From NCBI RefSeq assembly GCF_025526975.1, contig NW_026515669.1:806001-870000 (forward strand): 64,000 nt of DNA, read 5' to 3'. Position 1 is the first letter of the stretch, and each line of letters begins with the position of its first letter. This DNA comes from Fimicolochytrium jonesii (taxonomy: Eukaryota). The notes under the pieces are model-generated. The model did no database searches. It was given only the letters and a program-made list of their open reading frames with translations, and was not told the origin of the DNA. This document shows, piece after piece, positions 49,956 to 63,043 of the stretch. The translations under genes and the position numbers were made by a program.

Positions 49956-52900
49956 ATGTCCTTGAGCGTCTCTATTGATATAGCGATCAACAGGCGCATA
50001 CCACATCATTTCGCTTTCGCTTTCGCAGCTGTCCGTTCACTCCAGCCTAGTTCGAGCTTCCTGCGTCCGCTCCGTCATAATCACTCGCTGCGCTTCTGGC
50101 GTTATCCTCCGACTCCACTTCTCACCTCGCACCGACCCTTCGCGTCGCGTTCTGGTCATTCAGGACGCACTTTCGACACCGAGGCACCCTCAGCTCCGAC
50201 GTCCCGTCAACCGCGAATGGCTAGTAATACTTCGCGTGGGGGGAACCCTAGCGCGGGTTCTGCGTCAGTCTCTGAAGTTCCCGTGGGGATAGACGGAAAG
50301 ACATCTGCTATCAGCACCAGCATTGGTGCGCGCCAGGGAAGCATCAAAGAGAACATTGATGATGAGAGTTTCAGATGGAAGGAGACTCTGGAGAGGGTCA
50401 TTGACTCGGTATCGCCGGTGCTGTACGTTTGCAGATTGTTAGACCCGTATTGAGCTTTCTGGCATGCTGCAGGTCGTTTCAATCAGATTCGTTGTAACCC
50501 GAAACTTCGACACATGGCAAGTCGGATCGTACACGGCGGTGAGCATCTACGCTCCAATTTGACCCATGAGGTTGAATCAACTTTGCTCAATTTGTGCATG
50601 TCGCTCTCAGACAGGCTTCATCGTCGACGTTGAAAAGGGACTTATTTTGACGAACAAGCATGTCGTGACAGGTAGGAGGTGAAGAAGGTCGTACAAGCCT
50701 TTCCTCGCACTTGTTTGAAACGCGTGGTGTTCGCAGATGCTCCATTTGTGGGCAAAGTCAGTTTCAAGAATTCGGAGGAAGTTGCTGCTTGGCCTGCATG
50801 GAGAGATCCCGTTCATGATTTCGGTAAGGCAAATGGAGCTAAGGGATCGTAAAAAATCCTGTTTTGGCTAACGCCACATTCTCCCGGACTCAGGATTCCT
50901 GCGTTTTGACAAATCTAAAGTCAAGTTCATGAAGCTGAGTGCCATTGCTCTGGAGCCCGATCAAGCAAGAGTGGGTCTCTCGGTCCGAGTTCCTGGGTCT
51001 GATGCCGGGGAGAAGTTGGCTGTGCTGTCCGGAATCATCGCTCGAATCGACCGACCCGCTGCAAATTACGGCACCGGCACATATTGCGATTTCAATACGT
51101 TCTATATCCAGGCGTCCGCCAACACTTCAGGAGGATCCAGTGGCTCGCCAGTCGTAGATATCGATGGGCGGGCAATTGCTTTGAACGCTGGAGGCTCTAC
51201 ACACGCGGCGTCCAGCTTTTTCTTACCCTTGCAAAGGGTTCATCGGGCTTTGGAGTTGCTGAGGCAGGACAAACCAATTCCTCGGGGAACACTCCAGGTT
51301 GAGTTCGTGCAAAAGCAATACGACGAGGTTCGCCGTCTTGGACTGCCAGTCGACTATGAAACGCGCTTCCGAACGCTTTCTCCTGAGCTGGGCGGTCTTC
51401 TGGCCGTCAAGAACACTATCCCGGGTGGGCCAGCTGATGGCCTTCTTTTTACTGGTGACCTGCTCATCAAGATCGGTGACAAATATGTGAACCACTTTGT
51501 GGACCTCGCCGAAGCCTTGGATGACGCCTCAGCTGTGTGGGATGAAAACAACTACATTCTCAGCGACGATAAGAAGCCAAAGCTTCGTCTTACGGTTTTC
51601 CGGAACAAAGCTTTTGTGCAAGTCGAAGTGAACGTTGACTCCTTGCACCGTATCACTCCAGACAGATATGTGGAGATTGGGGGATCCATCGTCCACCCCC
51701 TGAGCTTCCAGCTCGCGCGATCGTACCACCATGCGGTTGGCGGGGTTTTTGTTGCTGATGCAGGCCATATGCTGGGTGTGGCAGGCGTCCCTGCATACAG
51801 CATCGTCACCTCAGTAGCGCACAAGAAGACGCCCAACATCGACGCGTTCATCGAAGTGATGAAGAACTTGCCGTCGGGAAAACGCGTTCCTGTTAGGTAC
51901 TACTCTTTGGCGAAGAAGAACGTGGACATCGTGAAAATCGCGGTAGTGGAGAACAAATGGGGAAGGTTCCGGATGGCGGTGAGGGATGGTAGGTTTCGGG
52001 TCTCTGTCTGGTGAAGCGAGTTAAAGTCTTTGGTCTTCATACCGTTGTCCTCGCAGATCCCGCTGGAATTTGGAGCTACACAGATCTACCATCAACAGGC
52101 ACGCCGCTGAAACCAGTCCCACGGACGGCTTCATACGTGCACATCAATCCATCAAAGAACAAACACAGTAGAATTGCCAATACCGTGATGCCGTCCCTTT
52201 GTGTGGTTGAAACGCACTCTCCGTTCGGTATTGACGGTCACAACTCAAAATGGTCTGATGGAGTCGGGCTGGTGGTAGATCACAACATCGGTCTCGTCCT
52301 CGTCGACAGATCAACCGTGCCTACCTCCTTAGGCCGCCTATTTGTCACATTTGCGAACAACCTTGTTGCGCCTGCCAAAATCGCTTGGATGCACCCTATG
52401 CACAACATTGTGTTTGTGCGATACGACAAATCCTTCTTGTCTGCACAAGCCGCCGGCGAGCGTAGAGCTAGTCTGCCTCAACCACCTCTTCCCGTGAAGA
52501 CCATCGAGTTCTCCCCGCTACCGGCAATGACTTCGGGCGACGAAATCCACCTGGTCACCATCAATGTTATAACACACATCCCGCGTGTGCAAACCACCCA
52601 TGTCAAAGCTAAAGGCTACTTCATGTTCGGCGACACGTCTCCGCCCAAGCCACGCACCATGAACTGGGACGATGCCATCACTCTCCAAAAACCCATGTGC
52701 GAGGAAGCCGGCGTTCTGGTCGATGAAAATGGACGGGCAAGGGGATCCTGGCTTGTGTGCCCAGAGAGTAACAGTTATCTGGGTGTCGGCTTGGAACACA
52801 ATGGCGAGATTCGCCAGATTTTGGACGCCTTGAGAGTGAGGGAGTCGCAAAGGACGTTTGATGACCCTGCTGGCGAAGGGTTGCCATTGCCTTTGCTGCG

Positions 52901-54164
52901 ATGTGTGGATGTGGAGTTGACTGAGACTTACTTCTGGAAGGTAATTAGATCCTCTGATGTGTTACGCTAATGCAGTCTGTCTCACGTCTGTGTCCTTCAT
53001 CTCGCAGGCACGTGAGCTTGGCTTATCCGAGCGATGGATCCACCGCATAACCATGGCGAGAGCTGAAGAACTGGGAAGCGATCTGGAAGACACGCCCGCC
53101 GAACTCCGGCCACTCGCAGAGACTGAAATTGGTGGAGTCGTTGGCGGCGACAAGTATACAGTGAGTTTAGCTTGTGTCTGCCAACTCGGCTAGCACAAAC
53201 TTATTCTTACCTTTTCAGGTCATAACCGTTCGCCGCATTCCTGCCATTGCTGGCCGAGAGGATGACGAGACGAAACTCAAGGAGGGTGACCTCATCCTCG
53301 CTGTCGATGGCAAACCCATCACGTCCATGCGTGGGCCATTGATGGACATTGTCATACCCGGAAAGGAAGGGCCTGAGACACCTACGCCCGTGGATTTGAC
53401 GATCCTGCGCGAGGGAGAAGAGAAAGTGCTGACGCTCCCGAGAATCTTGTTGTCTGGAACTCCAAGAGTCGATGTTGTCCAGGTGCGTTGCAGCACAAAT
53501 TACAGCACAAGGCGATACTTGTCGCCACAACGGCTTCTAACGATATCGATGCTGCTGTAGTGGGGAGGAGCTATCTTCCAGATGCCTCATCGCAGCTTGT
53601 TCTTCCACGTCAAGCACATTCCTCGTGGCATCTATATTGCATTGCTATACTCGGGTAGTCCCGCTCAGCGGGATCACCTATCAGCGTGTTGGTTTGTTGT
53701 TGAAGTAGTGAGTACAGCGGGCCTCTCTTGTATCACCTCTTTCTTTCTGAAAGAACCGTCTGCACAACTCTGGAATGTTCATGCACTGTCTAATGATTAC
53801 TTTCGCCTTGTTTTAGGACGGCCGCAAAATCGACACATTGGACGATTTCCTGGAAGTAGTCGAAGGCGCCGAGTGGCCGTCGCATGTCCCTCTCGTCAAC
53901 CCGGTCACAGACGGGTGGAGAGAGGAAGACATTAAGACCATCGAAAATCAAACTGCGGCCGACAACGCGACCAGTATCCGAGCTTCGGAAAATGCGCTAT
54001 ATCCCACCAATCCTGCTACTGGCAGCATCATCAAATCCACAGTCTCGAGAAGCTTCAGGTTCAGACTGGTGAGCTTGGAGCAGGTACATAAGGTCGTGAC
54101 CATCGACATGGATCTGGCGAGCAAGAACTATTGGCCGACTTGGCGGTGTGTGGTCAACGAATGA
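49956..54164 (+). CDS. NMA111: Nma111/Ynm3 HtrA-like serine protease with PDZ domains; alternative start at 50217
   Basis: Triad motifs ILTNKHVV, DPVHDF|G and GGSSGSPV; second degenerate protease domain (GLVLVDRSTVP); PDZ segments. Confidence 0.92.
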
Positions 54165-54678
54165 TTAGGAGATGGAAGGAGCTTCTCAGCCTATCTATGT
54201 ACACCTTTAAGATCCGATTTCGCGCGAGGGTTCTGGATATAATGGTCCAGTCCTAGGCTGGCGATGGACCGCAAGGGTATGCTTCGACTACAACCTCTTT
54301 TCTTCTCCATCCCTGCCCAGAGGGCTATTGTTTCGAATACATTTTTGGTCACCTCGACTGGACAACCGGAAGTTTCGAAATCAAGATATGCTTTGAAGCT
54401 TTGGCCCCATTCGCTAGCGCTGTGTATAAAGCGATGAACTTGGCGTTCTTACTCATGGGATGGCCTGCTAGGCAGACATGGGTCAGGAGCAGTACCACTC
54501 CACAGCGCATTCGACGGTAGATGTCAGCTGCTTGGTTCTGATGAAACGACTAGATGGGCCTAACAGAGGAAGCTACTGTGGTTCCACCTTCCCATGTCGT
54601 ACGTGGTTCGAAGTGATAGTATATGATTTCAAGGCGCCGCGGAAGTCCCGCCGCATGAATTAGATTAGATTAGCTAGG

Positions 54679-57294
54679 TCACGGCAGAATATGCACCCAC
54701 TTCTCCCATTCGCCACCAGCTTCGAAGCGACCCCCCCCGCCGCCGGTGTATCCCGTAGCCCCCACGTCCCCTTCAAACAGCGCACTGCTGCCGATCCTGC
54801 ATATCGCCATCCGCCGCCGAAGCCATAGCGCCTGACGAAACATCCCCAATAACGTCGCGCCTTGTTTGACGCCCTCGCGGATGTGAGCGAGGAACGCAAA
54901 GAACTCAAGGGCGGCGAGCACGCGGTCCCGGCAGAAGCGGCAAATGGGGTTCCATGCTGCGTCTGTTGGTGGTATAAGGGTCCCGGATGATGGTGAGGAT
55001 GAGAGATTATTGATTGATCCTCTGACGGACACCGGTTGGGGAGGAACAAAGCGAATCTTGAATTCGCAGTCACGTGTCAGGGTGCATGTGAGGCATTTGG
55101 CTTTTGGTGGAGGCTTGTTCTGATGTGACGACGTCCCGGACGCCGCATTGCGCGGTATGCCGACCTGGGCCTGATTGCCTGGGGAGTGTGGCGAAAGCGT
55201 CGAATTTGATGACCAATGGCGAGCGATATCACACCATCCTCGAATAACATTCTCCAAGAGTTTCCGTTTCCCGGAAGTACTCAGTCCTGCTGAGTGCTTG
55301 AAAAGTCCTCCAGACTCTTGCGAGTAGCTATAGAACAGGCATGGCTCAACATCTTCAGCCATGCACCGTTTAATGAAGTTGGTTGCGCCTGCGGCATTGC
55401 TGTTGACCGCAGAAGAGGACACGGCTTCCTTGACGTGATCTTGGAATTCTGAAAAAATGATGCCGTCGACGATGAGACTGGGATTCATCTGTTGCATCGC
55501 TAACGTAGGGTTCGACCCATACGGCGAACCGATGACGGAGCCTCGACGCGCGCTCGCTCGTCTCAACGAGCCCGTGTTTCCATATGCTCCACCACCCGTA
55601 AGGTTCGACAAAGACCCTAGAGGTGAGGTGGGGCTGAGCCCACTGAGTCCGGTGATGTTCGATACTGAATTAGATCTCAACTTTGCGTTCTCTAGAGCCC
55701 GCAAAGCAGTACGCATGGCGCGAAGTTCATCGTCACGCCGTTGGAAATTCTGTACAACCTCGCCAAGCTCTCCTCGAAGCTGCCGGTTGGATTGCTCCAA
55801 CTCGTCCCTCATTTTCGCCTCGTCAACGACCATTCGATTTGCTTGATCGAATAATTGAGCCGTGAGTTCCTCGAGCTCTTGATCTAATATGTCTTTGCTC
55901 AATTGAATCCTCTCCCGCACGGTCCGCTCCTCCTCTAGCTGGTCAGCGAGATCATTGATGTCGCCTTTCAAAGCTTCAATCGTATTCTGGTGCTGATGCA
56001 TCTTTAGCTGCATTTCTCTGCAATTACTACATCTACCACTCAAGGTTGGCGTGCTCGGCGCACTGGGTGCGCGTTGCGGATTGGTGGCTAAATCGCTTTC
56101 ATCGTCTTCTGGTAATGAAGTCGCGGCATGGAAGAGAGCGGCGGCGGCCTTTTGAGCTGAGACGTGCCTTTCGTGGGCGGCCGACCTGCCCACTTTGGAC
56201 GCCAGAGTAGGCGTTTGCGTTCCACTCACGAGCAGTTCTCCGGACGCACTCCGCCGATAAATCCCAACGTCTGAGGCGGATTGTCTTCTCGTTGACGTTC
56301 CTGGAGGACCCAGCATTTTCGCTTCATTTATTTCCGCAGTTGAATCGACGGATCCGCGTCCATGGCCTCCAGCCGGTGTTGTCGAGTCTGTGCTGGTCTC
56401 ATCTCCCTCGACGTTCAGCCTAGGCAATTCTTCGTTCGATTTTGCCTTGCCTGGTATCATAGCCAAAACCGACGATTGAGCGTTCTTCAAGTAGTTCAGC
56501 GCCAATCTCATGCATTCCATCATCTGCACTTCGAAATTCGGGGGCATGCCGGCCGCTGTGGCCACCCTTTTGGCGGAAAAAGTGAAGCTGTCGAAATTCG
56601 ATGCTGCCTGCAGCTGCTGCTTCTCAGCCATCTGGGCTGGAGTAGGCTGAATTTTGGACGGACTGCTGCTACTAATGTCGCTCATATTGTCCACAAACGA
56701 CCGACCTCTGCCCTCAATCCCCAGTTGTGCCCCTTTAAAGTTCCCTCCGGGAGTCCCCGGTGGCATCGGGGTTTGAGATTGCGAGGAAGTCTCGCTCAGC
56801 GTGCCCCGATTCAGCCATTCTTCGTAACTCAGCATAGGTTTGCCCAGGAAGAGGATTGCTTCCTTGACGGCAAATTCGTAACGGTTGATTTTGATCCTCA
56901 TCACATCAATCTGCTCATTCTTTTTCGTGATCGATTCACTGGCAATCTCCGTATCACGTCCATGTCGCTCGGTCATTCTCTGTGCGCGTACATTGGCATG
57001 TTAGCCGCGCCAGAAGCCACTTCAATTCTCGGATACCATTGCAACAGCATTCTGAGGCCACGTCAATACCTTGATATGGGCTTCCAAATCAGCGACTCTC
57101 TTTTCAAGTCCAAAGATTTTCTTGTCCTTCGTTGCGTCTTCTTCGACACTTGGTTTCCTCGCTACCTCTTCGGACCCATCATCGATTCCAGCGATTCGAT
57201 CTTCCGAACGCATAGAGCTCGGTTCGGCATTTTCAGGTCCTGGCCTCGTGTCCGTTTCGCTAGTGTGTTTGTGAGGTTGCTCCATCGTGGCCAT
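54679..57294 (-). CDS. SEC2: Sec2/Rabin8-family Rab guanine nucleotide exchange factor
   Basis: Coiled coil DQELEELTAQLFDQANRMV; EDVEPCL; CLTC...ICRFCRDRV..FFAFL..IREG..LRRRMAICRIG. First exon ORF 57022-57339 is joined by an intron near 56980-57037. Confidence 0.85.
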
Positions 57295-58274
57295 CCGATG
57301 GTCCCAAAGTGGTAGCTGTTTTACGCCCCTGACTCTCAAAAGCCAGAAGGGAGAGACGAAATTTCGATGTGACGGCAGTCAAAGGGTTATTTCACCAATC
57401 AAAACGCTCGGGTGATTTCAGGTTCTTCTCTATGATGAGGATGCTGAGCGCGATTGGTTTCGCGCGGGAACGACGTTGACGTGAAGTTGACGGTGAAGTC
57501 GATAATGGCGAATGGTGACGCCCTGGAACTGAGACTTTGCAACAGTGCTTCCTTCTCGAGATCGGCCGGGTGGTGAAATGACGCAGACCTTTAATCCCTT
57601 ATCAGTAGGGAATTGCACCTCCCAAGGGGCTGCCCATTGGTTTGCGGTTCACCACTGACGAGCGTCCTTTTATGTCACTGCGGCGACGCGCTGTCGTATC
57701 CCTCGCGCACTGACCGTGCTTTCCGTCCGATTTCACGCACACGCCAACGAGCGATTGAACGACAGAACTTCATGTAATAGTTTCCGCAGGCGTCAGAACT
57801 TGACCGCCGGAAAGGCCGATATCCGTAGGTTCTCATCCGCCCGAAGCTCGAGTCTTTAGACAAACACAAAGGGCCCTTCCACATTCGAACGCATATGAGG
57901 AGAAATCTGTTATACCAATTGAGGATAGACAACAGGCTCTTGCGAAAGTGTAGGATCGTACTTCGTGGCTGGCGCTATCAAAAGCCGGTCACATTGAAGC
58001 ACTTCACAGTATGCAGCTCTGTAAATGCAGCTGCTCTTTCTTATTGTCACAGATGCACCAACGCCGTGCTCATATGTGAGGGTTTTGAAGATGCGTCCTG
58101 CTAGGTTGTATACTGAAGTTCTTTTTCATAGGAAATATGTACACTTATGATATGAGATCGGCCAGGGTCTAGAAATGGCCATACGCCGGTGAAAAACGGC
58201 TCCATCTTTCCGTGGAGTTTGTATATAGTAGCAAGGAAGTGTTTTCCTCTTATTGTTCGTCGATTGGCTTATCA

Positions 58275-59162
58275 TCATGTGGCCCTGAGCCTTCCATATA
58301 CATCCTCAAACGCTTCGTTGAAGCACGGTAAATCACATTCAAACCACTCCGAGGGCCATTCTGAAGCCTCGATCAAACGAAACCTCCCGACTTTCCCAAT
58401 TGCCGATCGAGCTCCTTTCCTTAGTTGGTGGACATCAACCTCCATCCCGTGCTCTTCAGCCATGAGCCACAGCACAGGAAGCGACATGGTCACTCGGCAG
58501 ATCTCGTCGCCACCAGCTTCCTGCTTGTCTATGATCTTCTTGAAAATATGGAGCATGTTGTCGACAGGTAGTTCGGCACGCTGGAACGCGCGGAACAGCA
58601 TCGGATAGCAGCATGGCTCAGTTTGGTGGAGTAGGCAATCGACAACGGAGGTCATAATGTCGCGTGGGTCGGATAAATCGAGAAAATCGCTCAATTTGGC
58701 ATAGCAGAACACTGTTTTGACTGTGATGGCGAGGTCCGATGGGCGGTGGGTGTACAGGTAGAGTATAATGCGGCGCAGAACTTCAGGTTGATCGGTGATG
58801 TCAGCCGCGGCCACTTGGTAGAACAAAGTTTCGCTGCCATCCGCATTCTGCCTTTTCACAAACTCGGACAAACTGGCAAAGTACCCCGATTTTGCCCTAA
58901 GAATAGGCATGTGGAGATACATGTCACATCCACCCTCGAACATAAGCCTGGTGTCAGTTGTTTTGCGGTCGAGGAGTTTTGCAAGCCCTGACATCCGACT
59001 AGGAGGCTACAGAGAGATCGCAAAGTTAGGATTAGTGAGCTTTTATTCCATCCATAGACGCCATTCCCTCTATCAAGCTTGTGCCACTGTTACCTTGCTG
59101 TTACTACCCATGGTTCCAACAACGTCGCTGCCGCTCATAGGGGCCGCCCGATAATCGTCCAT
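58275..59162 (-). CDS. BTB/POZ-domain protein, copy 1; exons 59094-59162 and 58275-59006
   Basis: TTDTRLMFEGG..MYLHMPILRAKSGYFASL...ILYLYT; an in-frame short first exon has a GTAACA donor and CCTAAC..TAG acceptor. Confidence 0.75.
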
Positions 59163-60213
59163 GCTGGCGTTCAGGTGCTGGCTGAAGTTCGGGCGGGTGG
59201 GCGGGTAGCGACACTCGCACTGGCCGTTTTCTCGTTGCATACCGGCTTTACCTACGGAAAACCAAACCCATAAGTATGGCTGAAGAATGAGCGAAGCGAC
59301 AGGAGGTTGGTTGATGGGGTGATGCACGAGCGAAGTGATGAGGGGTTGGACGATGGGGATGGTTGAACAACATCCTGCTCGCTTTGCTTGCGGCGAGGAT
59401 ATTGGCCGATGTCTATTAAGAACGACCGGTCGCTGGCGCTTACAGTGAAGAGGGGCCTCGCTTCGGTCGCCGTTCGCTGTCGCTAACATGTACTACTCGC
59501 TTCGCTCGCTAGAGTTGTGCCTGAGCAGCGGGACTCACTCGCGAAGGCGTTCGCTCTGGTGGAACTCGCTACGCTGGGGCTCCCAGGGCAAACTAACCGT
59601 GCACTACGTTCTGCTCACCGCAGGCGATGCCAGGGGAGGGATATGTTGTTTGATCTCTGTCCTTACCCTTACGAGTTGCTTCCGGTGGCCTGTGAGGATT
59701 GAATCTCTGACGAAACAGGGTTCGATCTGCTTTCAAATGGTGGTTCGCTGTTTGCTGTTGGGTTGGGAGACGGATTCAAAAATGCGGGGCCAGACGGAAA
59801 GGACTGTGGTTTTCGGGGACGCCTGAAAATTCGTACACTGGCACTGGCATGTGCTCATTGACAGGTCCCGCGCTGTCGAATTCCCATCAAGTGCGCAGTG
59901 CATTCTCAACTCACAGACGTCGCAAGTTCTGGGTTCTCATGCAACTTAAGTATGCCTTTGACAACCATATATACAGAGAGCTCCGGCAGTTGAAATTCAC
60001 CAGAAACTCTTTTCTCATAAATACACATGATAAAAATAAGAGTCCTCGAATTGGGACACAACGATGCCACAACCATTGCAAACAAATCCCCGCCGAACCT
60101 ATCCTACTACTAGGGCAAGACAGAAAAGGATCTACTTTCACTCCCCCCTCATCGACTCAGGTATTCCTCCGACAGAAACAGCTAGCCCTCCCCTTCCTCC
60201 TCGTGGCCGCTAT

Positions 60214-61130
60214 CTAAATGATTATGTCTCCACCTACTTCCACCGAGCCGTATAAAAGGTCAAACGCCTCGTTGAATCCCTCGGATGGGTACCCAAACCA
60301 CTTCGAAGCCGGCTCCGTCAGGTAAAGCTTGACATTCTCCCCGATCGCGTTTCGAATCTCCATACGAATCTGCAGCGCATCATACTTCAAGCCGTGCTTG
60401 TTGGCCATGAGAACCCACAAGACCGGGAGACAGAGGGTGGGGACTTCGAACACGTCCAGGCATCGAGGTTCGAGACTTTCAGGGTAGGCGTCGAATTCCT
60501 TTGATTCCAGGAAGATCAGGGGCTTGGAGATGGCGAGCATAAGGTCAGCTTGGACCTCCGAGCGCTCGAAAGAGTCGACTAGTTTGGAGGCAAATTCCTT
60601 CCTGGAGGCTTTTGCGTGGTCAGAAAGACATTTGGTGATGAAGAATTTAAGGTCCAGTCCTTCGTTGAGGGCTAGAAAGTCGTCCAGTTTGACGAAGCAG
60701 AATGCGTTCTCCACTGTGAGATCCAAGTCCGCGAGTCGATGAGTGTATGAATAGAGGAAAAGGCGGCGGAGAAGGTCCGGCTCGTCCGTGATGTCTTCCG
60801 CCTTGACCTCGTAAGTGATGGAGGTGTTACGCGAACGACGAGTGGCTGTGCTGCCGTGCTTCCTGATCTCCTCAGCATGTTGCCATTCCTTGAAATCTGC
60901 TAAGCTAGCAAAATATCCAGAAGCAGCGCGAAGGACGCCCATGTGCAGGTGCATGTGGCGTCCGCCGGTGAATACGACCTTGGTGTCGGTAGTTCGTCGA
61001 TCGAAGAATCTCTCCAAAGCCGATGCGGCATGTTGGTGTCGCTGCTTCCACAGAACCAAAGAACAGGCTCCAGTATCATGCATGCGTAAGTTCCAAAAGT
61101 GGTATCGGTTACCTCTTCAAAGGTCTCCAT
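60214..61130 (-). CDS. BTB/POZ-domain protein, copy 2 (paralogue of 58275-59162)
   Basis: TTDTKVVFTGG..MHLHMGVLRAASGYFASL...FLYSYT; probable first exon METFEE with a GTAACC donor. Confidence 0.75.
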
Positions 61131-61676
61131 TGTAGCAGAGCTCTGTTGAGGGAAAATGCACAATGTTAGGAAAGCGTCCTGTGAAGCTACGACGATAAGG
61201 ACGGCTAGCAGCAGTCCATCCTACAATGTCAGGAATCTAGATAAGTGGACGGGTGCTAATAAACAGAGCAGCTCGACTGCCTTTGACTGCACGGAAAGAT
61301 GACTTTCAGATTGAAGGCGTTTGCTCGCTGAGGTCATTGACAGCAGCTGTCACATTGCAGGCTCTCTCCACATTCCTCCTTTTTTTTGCGCTTGTTTACC
61401 GTTAAGCCTTAATGACGTTTTTGGAGAAATGCCCTGTTATCCATCGGATTCGAAGGTATGTGCAACAGGAAGACTGCCAAGTAGGCTTTTTCGTCGGATT
61501 CGATGGTTTTCGCACGCCCATCAAGAAAGATATAGATAATAAATATGAGCATTCAGAGGTTGTCACAAGGTATCTACATTATCTACACCAGCGATCCCAT
61601 TCTGCCCTTCCCGTACACGCCAATCCTCCCGTAGAGTAGAGCGAGGGGCCACCGGGACCATCCAATTTGAACATTA

Positions 61677-62574
61677 TCAGCTGGTATCCATCGAGTTCGC
61701 GAAATTTCGGAGCTCCTGCGCGACCTTCCTCTCGATATCCGACGCAGCCGCCCCGTCCGCCGCTTGTATCACCCGGCTAGCTGCTATTATTTGTGCAGGC
61801 TTCCCGGCGTTTATCCACACGCGACCATTCAATCCTACTGCTGTCTCAAAAGAGAATGCCCCTGCTAGTGACGCAAAGATCGGGTTCTTCGAATCGAGCA
61901 GCCTGCATATGGAGAAGGAGCGTCAGAATATTCAAACGAAGGAACTTCCAATATTGGCGGTCACCGTGTCCTAACTTACATCCTAGCCGTCCTCAGCGAA
62001 CAGCGCACGACATAACCCTTCTTGATCTCCCCATATCCGCCCGCCCGTCCAGTCTTGAGATCTATACATTCCAGTTCCGGGTCCATGTCCTTATTCGCAA
62101 CGTTGACTCGTGCGTAGATCAATGTGCCCACTTCCAAATTTGGCCTATTCCTTTTTGTAGCTCCTTCAAAGGCGAGAATGGGAAGAATGGCTCGGTGCGC
62201 CGATCCAATGTCTACTGAGAAGGACTCGCCGTGTCGAGCTGCAATTGTTCCTAGGACTGAATCACCTACTGCTGGGACATACTACACGAAGAAAAAACGG
62301 TAATGAGCGAGAGTACCCTCCCAAACGACGTGTGAAAAGTCCCAAACACACATACCCGCTTCTGAGTGTTGTCCACCCACCACCTGTTCCCAGCCCCGTG
62401 ATGCAGAAGCCCAGCCTTCACCGCCACGAGCTCTCCACCCTCCTGATGCAGACCAGGCCCCACTCGGACTTTCGTGGGTGTAACCCCGCTCGTTGCCTCG
62501 ATATTGAGTGGTATCCTGTCGCCGGGAACGACAGGCCTGGGAACTTTCGAGTACGTTTCGGAACCGAGAGCCAT
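61677..62574 (-). CDS. RRP40: Exosome complex component Rrp40 (EXOSC3), 3 exons
   Basis: Motifs VVPGD, VGPGL, DNTQKR|YVPAVGDSVLG, LAFEGATKRNRPNL, DMDPELEC and FETAVGLNGRVWI. Confidence 0.95.
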
Positions 62575-63043
62575 GGCTGTTTGAGACTGGAGCAAATTGT
62601 TCGAAAAGTCGAGGCTCGCACTACAAGCACAGAGGTGATTCCAGAGTGTTTCGAGGCCAGGTTAGAAATCTGCCAACGTCAGGGTTGCGTTGCGCGGTTC
62701 AGTGTAGTCGATCTATCTAGGTTTACAGAGGATTCTGGGGTTTCTCTGCCAACTCGAAACGTCTTCGAAGCGCGCTGATGGCGCTGACCAGACCACTGGG
62801 ATGAAATGACTTACGTTGTGCCAAGCTGCCAAGTTCGCCAGTCGCCAAGGAACATCCAGCCTCATCCAAGCCACAGCAGCCAAGCGATCTGATATCAATA
62901 TCAACATCTACTTCAAACGTCAGGACGTACAGAGAATCAGCCGCACATATTTACGGTCGTTTAGGCGGTGGGAGCCCCTGGAACATCACATTCGTCGACC
63001 TCGCACGCCATCACACTTTTGACATCCTTCTTTTCGCTGAACG

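Noticed and set aside
54162..54242. Stop-codon readthrough of NMA111 (TGA TTA context)
   Set aside because: The extension ends ...GFWI with no targeting signal; no TGA CTA context was seen at the stops checked
56362..57315. 317-aa plus-strand ORF
   Set aside because: Antisense shadow of the Sec2-like gene
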